A stretch of DNA of 63,996 bases, filler included, from Kipferlia bialata (taxonomy: Eukaryota), in assembly GCA_003568945.1 (NCBI GenBank). It is 3 parts of 3 records of this genome, joined end to end, with 100 filler letters (N's around TTAATTAATTAA, not from the genome) between each part and the next. Parts side by side here need not be neighbours in the genome. Positions count along the whole stretch, not along the records: positions 1 to 21,645 come from BDIP01000319.1; positions 21,746 to 43,319 come from BDIP01000322.1; 1 more part is not named here. One strand, 5' to 3'. Below the pieces are notes generated by a model. That model saw only the letters and a program-made list of their open reading frames with translations, made no database searches and was not told the DNA's origin. This document shows positions 14,925 to 26,021 of the stretch, piece after piece. The first letter of the stretch is position 1. The number at the start of each line of letters is the position of its first letter. The translations under genes and the position numbers were made by a program.

Positions 14925-15195
14925 CTGGGGGTGAGGATAATATAAACAATACATACAACACATATACCACATCTGTCATGGTTGATAACACTTGGAGGAG
15001 GGGGGGGGGGGAATAATTCTTAAGTATAGGTAGAGTCACGGAAACCAGGAAAGAGAGAGAGAGAGAGAATAGGACTCTGGCATACTGGATAGTAGAGTAC
15101 ATTGAGTGAGGAAGAGACCACAGGAGGATGGTGTGGCAGTGGAGGTATATGCTACATGTGTATACTCCAGCAATTATGAATGAGAAAGAGAGAGA

Positions 15196-15237
<42 letters not shown>

Positions 15238-15324
15238 AACCCCTTTTGGCCCCCCCCCCCCCCCCCATTCCCCACACGCCCCCTTGCCGCTCTAAGTCTC
15301 CGCTAAGCCTCCTCTTATTGACAG

Positions 15325-15955
15325 GATGTGGATAAACAGCTTCCCCGCGAGCTCTCAGTGCTGAAGCATGTCCAGTCGCCATTCATTGTCAGGTATATTG
15401 AAGTGACATTGATATACATGAGTATCATCCACTATGTGTAATATAATACTCATTGTATCCTGTTATTAGTGCTGAAGCATGTCCAGTCCCCATTCATTGT
15501 CAGGTACTGACTGTTATATATAGTGTGGTATAATGTATGTACATTCTTACCCTCAGATACCACGACCACTTCATCAATGGAGATGTATATTTGTATATGT
15601 CTTCCTACATACATATATGTGTGTATTGATACGTATACATGGATCTTCTCACCCTCAGATACCACGACCACTTCATCAATGGAGATGCTGGCAACTACTA
15701 CGACCACATGGTTATAGTCATGGAGATGCTCGAGGGTAGGGTCTCTCTCCCCCTCTGCTTCTCTCCCTCCTCAACAGATCTCTCTCTCTCTCTTTCTCTC
15801 CGTCACACTCATCCAGGCACTGACCTCCGCCACTTCTGTGCCCCTTACCGCTTCAAGGACGATAGGCTTACGGAGAGGGAGATTAAGGAGCGCTACCCAC
15901 ACCTGCAGAAGGGCAGGAGCCTGCGTGGTCTGTTGGTCATGATTGAGCAGGTATG

Positions 15956-15995
<40 letters not shown>

Positions 15996-18069
15996 ATCTA
16001 CCTATCTGCCACTTCCCTACACCAGCGCACTCATGATTCAGCTTCTGTCACATATTCTATAATATGCGTACATATTAATGTATAGTAATCTATTATAGAC
16101 TTATATATTGTATGGCATTATACTGTACTCACCCTCCAGATGCTAGAGGGTCTGGCTGAGCTGCACAGACACAGAGTCATCCACAGGGACATCAAGGTAG
16201 TATGTCTCTCTGTCTCTCTCTCCATATGATGCTTAACCCTGTCTCTATCTCACTACCAGCCAGCGAATATCAGGGTGTGCACTGTTCCTGGCACCAAGGT
16301 ACTCTCTCTCAGTGTGTCTATCTCTCTCTCTCTCTCTCTAGTGCACTGTGTCTGACTCCCATGTCCCGTGCTGCAGGACAATTATTAGTTACTCTTTTAC
16401 TCTCTATCCCTATCTCTATCTCTATTTGTAAATATATATATGTATGTATAGGAACATCAGACTATGTACTGTGTCTGACTCCCATGTCCCATGCTGCAAG
16501 CTCATGGACCTGGGGCTGTGCAGGCCATTCACACTGGATGAGGTACGATCTCTTCTACATGTATATCTAAACATGTATACATTCCTATGCATTCCTATCA
16601 GTATTCATACTGTGCTCTAACAAGATAAGTTCATTTATTGTCATATACTAACTCCAGAACATGACTCTCAGTGCCCAGGAGGTATCCCCTCTCTTCAGAG
16701 CGCCAGAGGTAGGAAGCATACCTACACACTCTCTCTCTTAGGAGTTCTCTCCAGTGTGGGAATCTGTCCCTTCTAACACTCAGACCTTCAAGTCCATCTG
16801 CACTGATGGTTATGGCCTCAAGATAGACATCTGGTCCCTGGGTATCACAATCTCTAGGGTGGGTCCCCACGACATTCTACACGATAGTTCCATTCCTATA
16901 AACTCTCACTTCTAGTTAATCACTGATGAGTGTGTACTGGGCTTCCCCTGTGGCCACATGGCCATCCAGCACAGACTGGAGACAGAGGGGCCTAGGTACA
17001 GTGTATGTACTATGTAATCCTCACTGGGTGGATAGCAATCTCTTGGTCTAGTACAGATCCTGAGCACCTCTCCCTGTAATCTTATCCTAGACCCCTGACA
17101 GATGAGGAGACTGGTATCCCAGGCCTGGCAGATATCGTCAACAGCATGCTACAGGTACTCTCTCCTCTAACCCTGGTTATACACCATACCGCCTTGTTGC
17201 CCCAACTCACACCCAGCCTGACCCTGCCGAGCGTCCCAACTGTATCACTCTTCTAGGTATCTCTCTCTCAATATATATATGTATATGTGTATTCATATGT
17301 ATTCATACAGGTCTTCCACAATAGTCTAGTGATGTATATATACATTTATACTAAACCCAGGCATGCTACACGATGTCCAGGAGAGAGTCCGTTTGAACAC
17401 AGACGGCCTGTTCCTCACTGTCCCCCTCTCTCTCCCCCTTCCCTCTGCCAATCGAGTCCCAGAGACACCTGGTATGTATACACACGTATATATATATATA
17501 TATATAGCCAGAGAGAGAGCTCCTTTACCAACCCCAGGGTATGTCTCAGAACTGGAGGTCAAGTACCCCAAGAGCCCAGCCAGTGACAGCTACTTACACT
17601 CTCCCTATAACGACTCTGATGGGATGTTGTCCCCCCTGGCACCCTCTCCCATAGGATCGCGTAGCGTGACATCGTATTGTAGAACCCCAAGTAGCAGCCG
17701 CGCCAAGCGCAGTAGAGCACCTCCTAACATAGCCCATATACATGGTAGGCCGTGCACCCCCGAGATAGAACAGCACATACGCACACTTGTGATGGGTGGT
17801 GACCTAGAAGGTGTGCCAGTGTATAGTGTCGGGGCGACTATCTTTGTCAGTGCAGTTGGGAATGCGGTGCCCGAGCAAGAGACACACGGACTTGTGAAAG
17901 AGGTGTGTCTTCCGTCTCTTCTAGTGTTTACGGTCTCTATCTGATCATCTGATACCCAGATCCAGCTGACTAGACGTGCAGGCCAGTACCTACAGAAGGC
18001 AATAGCACATATGCACTGGGTGAGTAGGTTCCTCTCTCTCTCTTCCTTTGGCTCTCTCTCTCCCTTTGG

Positions 18070-18100
<31 letters not shown>

Positions 18101-19659
18101 CCTTTGGCTCTCTCTCACTCACTTAGGTAAATGCCATTGTGTTCCACGAGTGTGGCCCTATTGGCAAGAGGCCGGGTGAGAAGAGCCACCGTAACAACCG
18201 TGGTGCTATGAACAAGGAGCGCAATTTCCCTGGTGTCATGGAATGCGTATACGCTGGTATGTTTGAGTATCCAATGGTATCCCACGTTTACTCACTCCAT
18301 TTGTGTTCTTTGAATCTAACCTTATGTCCACCCTATACACTCTTCTACACTTTTCATTTAGTGCTAAGTCCTCTATGAAGTATCGTTGATAGCCAGGGAT
18401 GGCAGAGAGCAAGGAGCGGCGGGACAAGAAGAAGGGTAAAGGCAGACGGAGAGGGGGAGGGGGAAGGAAGGATAGACCTAAACCTGGCTGCAGATGGTCC
18501 TCTGCAATATCAGACACGCCTGTCCTGTACTATGACTGTCTGGACAACGCACCAAAGGTACACGTTCTACTCGGATAATCACTATCCTATTGGAGCTTCA
18601 AGTCTCTCTGATATGCATGTATCTAATGTCTAGGTAGAGAAGATCAGACAGCTTCTGCAACCCCTCCTTGGTTGTGACAATACTGCAGTGGAGACAGAGG
18701 GAGAGAGAGAGAGAGAGACTGTCCCTGAGCTACCCCTCGAGGCACTGCACCCAGTAGGGGATGGGTGCCTCAGTAGGGATCTGGTACTGCTAGGTGGTGT
18801 TGCCAGACCAGACATACTCTCCCACCTAGACACTGTATGGGAGCAAGGGCCTACAACCAGAGGCGTTACCACAGATGGATCAATACTAGTCATAACCCAG
18901 ACTGAGGAGACACTTCCTGACTCATGGGAGTGTGATGGAGGCACCTCCGCTGGTAGCTCTCACTCCCTCTATGGTGGTGGAGTTCCCGCCTTCACCGTCT
19001 CATATAGTGGGTACTCCAACCCTGCTGGGCATGTAGCCGCCCTGGCCAATGCTATAGAGTGTGTGCCCATCCAGTGCATAGTACTATACAGAACCAAGGC
19101 CAAGTGGTACATGTACAAGGACACGATAGCCAGGCTGGTGGATGTGGTCTACAAGGAGGTGGTGTCTGGTGCAGAGAGAGAGAGAGATGGAATGGATGCC
19201 GTCAGACTGCTGCCTATCCTCCTCCACCAGAACCCTAGGTTTGCACACCAGCACGGCACTGCAGCACATAGAGCCAAGGTACTACATACACTCATTCATA
19301 ATCTATATAAGCTTACTAACCTCGTGAGTAACCTTCTCCCACCCCAGATAGCTGAGCTTAGAGAGAGGATCCAGACGGTGCAGGACACCTTTTGCGGCCC
19401 GAGGGAGCGTCAGCCGAGGGCTGCCGCTACCCAGCGTGTCCCCCTGCCGCCTCCCAGGGAGACACCTCCTGTGAGTCTGCCCCTGCCCCGTCCCACTGCC
19501 CCTCCCCTTCTCTCTCCCATGAACAGATTCCAGTTGTGCATCTCAGCCCCAACAGACGAAGTCACTCCTCCTGCATCACTCCCAATCCCACCAAGAGATG
19601 TCCCCTCTCCCAGTGATGGCCCTGATACCTCTCCTAGACTCCCTCAGGACTCACACTAA
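15325..19659 (+). CDS. Ser/Thr protein kinase (NEK-like) with long C-terminal extension; N-terminal exons missing
   Basis: Spliced subdomains: RELSVLKHVQSPFIVR|YHDHF..MVIVMEMLEG, EQMLEGLAELHRHRVIHRDIK|PANI, LMDLGLCR, FRAPE, YGLKIDIWSLG, IVNSMLQ|PDPAERP. Further exons run to the stop at 19659. Confidence 0.9.
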
Positions 19660-19677
19660 CCACTGCAGGGTCCATTT

Positions 19678-19723
19678 GGTTAGTGTATGGTTAGTGTCTG
19701 GTTAGTGTGTGGTTAGTGTTAGT
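19678..19723. repeat. 11-bp tandem repeat (TGGTTAGTGTN) x4 just after the kinase stop codon
   Basis: tggttagtgta tggttagtgtc tggttagtgtg tggttagtgtt read directly. Confidence 0.85.
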
Positions 19724-20047
19724 CCATTATGACACCTGTCTCTACGAGTGGCCTTAATACTGGAGATAGTGCCTTAGAATGTATCAATTATGTAAATTGT
19801 CGCTTTTAAGTGTCTGAAGTCGGCCTCCATGGCTGCACGATTTGATCATATATTATATGATCATATAACGCCGTATCCCACACTGTAAGCAAGCTGGCAT
19901 ATGTCCCAGAATCTTATATGCTAAAAACGGGTTCTATCAAATTAGTTCTTAATTGCAGTTTTAATCGGCGTGTCAGACACGAGTCAAACCACCTGGACCG
20001 AACAACAGTCTCCACTCTCTGTCTCATTTACACTTCCTGACTGCGGT

Positions 20048-21141
20048 ATGCCAGAGAGCATGGCCCCCGGGCCTCAGTGCACCGAAGAGGACACTCAGAC
20101 ACAGGACTGTGGGAATGATCTGACTCTGAGCCAGATCCCAATTGAAGAGACAAAGCGGGAGTCACTCACCGGCTTGTACAATGTGATTGCGCAGCTGGGG
20201 TCTGGTTCCTATGGGAAGGTGTATAAGGTACGCTGTCTGTTTGTGTCAGTAAGTGCTGACTCAACCTCTGCACTATGTGTCTCTATACTAGAGTGTTATG
20301 TGGCCTAGGGGTGATACTCTCGCAGTCACGTTCATGCACTGATTGTCAGGTCCAGGAGACGACTGGGGATCACAATCTGTTCGCAGCCAAGCTGATTGAC
20401 TATGAATTGGAGAAGGTAAGAGTAACCTGGCCTCTGATGCATTTCCATTCATTGTCCTTATCCTTGAGAGTCTCATTGACACCTGTCTCACCTCTGGACA
20501 GGCTCAAGCTCGACAAGTACCTGCGCCGTGAGGTATCTGCTATGAAGCGGACCGACTCACCACACGTTGTGAGGTAGGACAATTCTGACTATAGTGCTTC
20601 ACCCATGCTCTCTCCCTTCTCCATTCCCATGTACACACTTGCCTATCATTTCAGGTATTATATTAACCTGTAATCACAGTTCACTGCCGTAGTTCTAGAC
20701 AAGTACACTTCTAATCTCCCCCCCCTCCTGCTCCCATCGCCTTACCCCTCAGGTACCACGACCACTTCTTCAACACAGATACAGTACAAGTACACAAGTA
20801 CAAGAACACTTATAGCGTTGCCCCCCCCCACCCTACGTCTCGCCTTACCCCTCAGGTACCACGACCACTTCTTCAACACAGATGACAGGTGGAATGGCTT
20901 CATGGTCATTGTCATGGAGCTGGTGGAAGGTATCTCTCTCTCTCTCTCTCTCTCCCCCCCCCCACCTCTCTCTCTCATGGAGCTGGAGGATGGTGGGTAG
21001 ATTCTACACTCTTAATATCTGTCTCTCTGATGACTTACCTCTCTCTCTCGCTCCCTCCCCCATTCCTCACCCTCAAACTATCCATCTTTCCTCTTGGTTC
21101 CTATCCGTCTCATCGTCAGGGTTCAACACCTCTCCCTCTCT

Positions 21142-21180
<39 letters not shown>

Positions 21181-21592
21181 ATTCCTCACCCCTTTACCAT
21201 CCATCTCTCTTTCTTGTTAATATCAGGGGACAACCTCGAACGGTTATCCACAGCCTCTGACATATTCCGCAGGGCTGAGCGGGAGTGCGCCGCTCTCGGT
21301 AGCAATGAGGGTGTTCGTGCGCTTGCTGAAAGCAAGTACCCACACCTGCTGCCGGGGAATGTGTTTCCCAACCTTCTAGCTCTCATGGAACAGGTCAGTA
21401 CCACATTCTCTTTCTGTTCAAGTCTTTGAATAATACAGCTTTCTGTATTCTCTCACCCTCTCTCCTTCATTATGAATTGTAGCCCACTTCCAGTCCCTAC
21501 CATTCTGTGAGTATTTAATTAATCTTATATGATAGGTACTTGAGGGCCTGGCCGCCGTCCACCGACTTGGCATTGTCCACAGGGACATCAAG
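20048..21592 (+). CDS. Ser/Thr protein kinase (NEK-like), tandem paralog; truncated by the assembly gap
   Basis: YNVIAQLGSGSYGKVYK|VQE..FAAKLID, REVSAMKRTDSPHVVR|YHDHFF..VIVMELVEG, EQ|VLEGLAAVHRLGIVHRDIK, then N gap. The start codon is uncertain. Confidence 0.9.
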
Positions 21593-21593
21593 G

Positions 21594-21645
<52 letters not shown>

Positions 21646-21689
21646 NNNNNNNNNNNNNNNNNNNNNNNNNNNNNNNNNNNNNNNNNNNN

Positions 21690-21701
21690 TTAATTAATTA
21701 A
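21690..21701. other. Artificial contig linker (TTAATTAATTAA inside Ns)
   Basis: Six-frame stop 12-mer centred in an N run; an identical copy lies at 43364. Confidence 0.95.
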
Positions 21702-21827
21702 NNNNNNNNNNNNNNNNNNNNNNNNNNNNNNNNNNNNNNNNNNNNATAATCCCGGGCCTACCCCCCCCCCCCCCCCCCCCCCTCCTCCTCCTGAGTGTAT
21801 ACAACATTGCTCCCTCTCTCACCTCAG

Positions 21828-22183
21828 GTCAATCGCATTGCTGCGCAGCGTGAGGCTGAGAGGCAGGAGTTTGTGGACGCCAAGAAGTCCCAGCAGTGGC
21901 TTGCCAACAGTGAGAGCATGCGCACAGCCACCAGCATGATCAAGAGAGAGGTACAGTGTGTATATATATATTATGAGAGTTGGTAGCTATAACGCACACA
22001 CTTTGTCTCGCTCCGTCTTCTCAGTATATACACTCACTATCTAGGAGGCTGATGCCCTCCAGACATAATCTCTCTCTCTCTCTCTCTCTCTCCCCTCTCT
22101 CTCTCTCTCTCTGTCTCTATATGTATATATATGTAATGTTCCCTTTATACACTCACTGTGCAGGAGGCCGATGCCATCCAGAC

Positions 22184-22235
<52 letters not shown>

Positions 22236-22326
22236 AATATACTCACTGTGCAGGAGGCCGATGCCATCCAGACCTTCCAGAAGGCACATAAGCAGAGGCA
22301 GAGGATGCAGGTGGGTGCATGTATAG

Positions 22327-22362
<36 letters not shown>

Positions 22363-23050
22363 GGTGATACATATGTATAGAGAGAGAGGTGTCACACAGC
22401 AGAGGGAGAGGATGTGGGTGCATGCGTGTCCATATATATTTTGGGAGAGCTAGAAAGGGTGGAGAGGGGTGGAGGAGAGTGAGATGTCATACCAGCAGAG
22501 GCAGACGATGCAGTAGGAAAGATATGTCTATGCATTAGCAGACTCTCTCTCTCTCACTCCCCCCCGCGTTTGTATAGTATGTCTCTATTACCAACCAAAG
22601 CGTGAAGATGAGTCCCATGCACCATATCACTATTAGACTATAGGCCCCGCCTTAATACTAATACACTAACCCTAGGACAAGCGTGACGATGAGTTCTGGC
22701 TGTCTGTGCACGAGGCCGAGCTTGCCAAGGAGGAGGAGAGGGAGAGACAGAGGGTGGCCAAGACACATGTACTCAAGGACGAGTACACACAGGCACTGCA
22801 GGGGCAGGTATGGGGTAGTGTACACATATCTACTTCTTCTTACACCTATATACATATTATACGGGATAGACTACTCAGAGACCAGTTCACATACATCATG
22901 AGTACCCATAAGTGTCTACCCCCCCCCCCCACACACACACACTCCCCCACCCCAGATGGCCACCCAGACTGCCCTGCGGCAGAAGGAGGTGGAGGCCAAG
23001 CTGGCAGAGGACGAGGTATGATATATGATACGTAGATAGATAGACAGGCC

Positions 23051-23094
<44 letters not shown>

Positions 23095-23347
23095 CCATAT
23101 GGAGAAGGAGGTGCAGGCCAAGCTGGCAGAGGACGAGGTGTGTTAAACAGTGCCTAGTATAATATTGTACATATTCTTGTGTTGTGCTCACCCCAGGCCA
23201 TCAAGGAGGAGCAGCGCAACAACGCATACCTGGCAGAGCTGGAGGATGAGAGAAGAAGGTGTGTCTATTAGTGTATGCAAATATATGCAAAACTGGCAGA
23301 GGTGGAGGGTGAGAGAAGGAGGTATGGATGCTGTTGCGGTGCTGTCA

Positions 23348-23399
<52 letters not shown>

Positions 23400-24349
23400 C
23401 CTCTGCCTCTGTCTATGTATAAAGAACTATAACACCTCCCCCCCCTCTGACCCCCCAGGCTGAAGGAGCTGATGCAGGATGTCTTATATGATAATATCCT
23501 CAATTGACTATATATATATAGATAGATAGATAGATAGATAGATGGATAGATAGTTGGGTTGTACTGCTCTCCCTCTAACCCCCCAGGCTGAAGGAGCTGA
23601 TGCAGGCCGTGATGATCCAAGAGCAGGGGCAGAGGAACATCGAGAGGGCCATAGACGAGAGAGAGACAGAGCACAGGTGGGTGTATTTGGGCAGTTATGA
23701 TGTACTATATCATAAAGCCTACGTAACTAATACAACATATATTTCTCTCACCCCCAGCGAGGCTGCCATCCGCATTGAGGCTAGTATAGAACATATAATT
23801 ATATATATATATCCTGATATGCCATACATATACTCATATCAGCGAGGCTGCCATCCGCATTGAGGCTAGTATAGTACATATAATTATATATATATATATA
23901 TATCNNNNNNNNNNNNNNNNNNNNNNNNNNNNNNNNNNTTATATATATATATATATATCCTGATGTCCTTATACATACTCATATCAGCGAGGCTGCCATC
24001 CGCATTGAGGCTGCCCGGGCCGAGGAGGAGAGGGAGAGGCAGGAGAGACACGCCAAGTCACTCAGACACCAGAGAGAGGCACTCGCCAGCATGAGGGCGG
24101 CAGAGAAGGTACTATCTAGAGTAATATACTATTTGTATACTATATGCATATAGTATATTGCATAGTGATCAGGTCAGCATGAGGGCAGCGGAGAAGGTAC
24201 AAATGATATGCATATACTGTATGTGTAGATATATATATAGTATAGTATGTGCATTGCATAGTGCTCTGTTACCCAGCATGAGGGCGGCTGAGAAGGTACT
24301 GATACTGATGTATATTCAACCATAGTAGTATATATTAATAGTATCACCG

Positions 24350-24389
<40 letters not shown>

Positions 24390-25066
24390 CTTTCTCCCTC
24401 ACCCCCCAGCGCAGACAGTACCAGGCCCAGGAGGAGGCCATGGTGGATGACTTCCTGGCCAATCAGCAGGTATTGTGATATATGTCTATATATAGTATAT
24501 GTATAGTACTTGTCTTGGTGGATGACTTCCTGGCAAACCAGCAGGTACCCATGTATATATATACATGATAGTATAGTACAGTATAGTTATAGTGAAACAT
24601 AGTCTCGGTATATATATGGATATATGTGTCCCTCTCCTCACCCCAGGCTGCCCTTGAGGCCGACAAGCAGCGGAGGGAACAGAGGAAGGCAGAGGCCAGT
24701 GCGGGACTGCTCAAGTGAGTACTACCACTATACCTATTATGTATATCTATCGCTCTCAGCCCCATAGGATAATTTCTTCTTCAATATCATACCCTATGAT
24801 CATATCATATTTACCTCTCACCCCCTAGGGAGTGCATGGAGGAGAACGACCACCGTCTATCCTACAGACAGGCACAGAGGGAGAGAGAGAGGCAGGAGAG
24901 GGAGCAGGTGTGTAAATATAGTATACTATATATATACACATAGTGTATATATGACACTAACCCCTAGGAGCTGCGCGAGGGAGAGAGGCGTGCCCAGGAG
25001 GCCAAGAGAGAGGCAGCAGAGAAGGAGGCGATGCTGTACAACAGGGCCAGCCAGTACAAGGCATGC

Positions 25067-25104
<38 letters not shown>

Positions 25105-25311
25105 GCTATATTCACATATCCGCGAGTCTCTCACCCCCAGGCTGACCTCTCTGAGCAGATCCGGGAGAGAGAGAGCCTTGCCCAGGCCAAGAGAGAGAGA
25201 GAGCTTGAGGCAGAGAGAAGCCTGGCAGCAGCAGACGAGGAGGAGGCACACAGGGTGGAGCAGTACTTGCAGGTATGGGGAGTATAGTATATATATTTAT
25301 ATACATATTGC

Positions 25312-25342
<31 letters not shown>

Positions 25343-25424
25343 TTATGTCTAACTCCAGTCTCAGAGGGAGCGTGTGCAGCGTATAAAGCGCAATGGCCAG
25401 GGAATGGCCAACCTCTTTGGATAG
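21828..25424 (+). CDS. Coiled-coil ciliary protein of the trichohyalin-plectin-homology (CFAP53-like) type; 5' end missing
   Basis: About 13 exons splice in frame to an E/R/K/Q-rich helix: VNRIAAQREAERQEFVDAKKSQQWLANSESMR...DDEFW...ALQGQM...YKADLSEQIRERE...RVEQYLQSQRERVQRIKRNGQGMANLFG*. The opening resembles the CFAP53 REAERQ..V..K..QQ....E..R pattern; orthology is untested. Confidence 0.65.
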
Positions 25425-26021
25425 AGACACTCCCAATAGACATGTATCAAATCACTTATGATATGAACCAGCTCTATCTATTGCAATGTGGTGACGATGG
25501 AGTATATACCACTGGAATATGCTAGTATGAATGATGTAGCAGTGGATGTCTTCAGTTGACTGAACCCACTGCATAAAGAACTCTAGGACCCGAAACTCTA
25601 CTCTCTGTTTGTCCCTACAGGCCTTTGGCTCAGTCTCGGTATACCCTCTCTACACCTCACAGATACGTTGATATAGTACCAGTTGGTCTGGATTGTAAAT
25701 ATATACAGAGACTAATACAAGTATTATGAGTATATACACTGGCACAGTGAGTGAAAGCCTCAGACACAGACTCTCAGTGGTCTTCAGGACAGCGTCTTGT
25801 TGCTGTTTACCGTTTACAGTCGTGTGTACACTTGATACCATCACGACTCTTCCGGCATCAACGCCTAGTAAGCGACAGCTTCCTTTCCACACTCTGAGAG
25901 GACTGAATCCACCTGAAGAAGTAGACAGTATACCACCCTTGGCAAGCATTACAAGAGTCGAGTGAAGAAGGGGGACGCGCCCTTGTGTTGTCTACACAGT
26001 CATACTCAAGCGGCGGCGACA

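Noticed and set aside
19678..19723. TGGTTAGTGT repeats as an interstitial telomere
   Set aside because: Only four 11-bp units, not matching a TTAGGG/TAGGG-type repeat.
21647..21745. TTAATTAATTAA within N runs (also 43320-43419) as a biological palindrome or piggyBac-like site
   Set aside because: An identical six-frame-stop 12-mer centred in N padding is an assembly linker.
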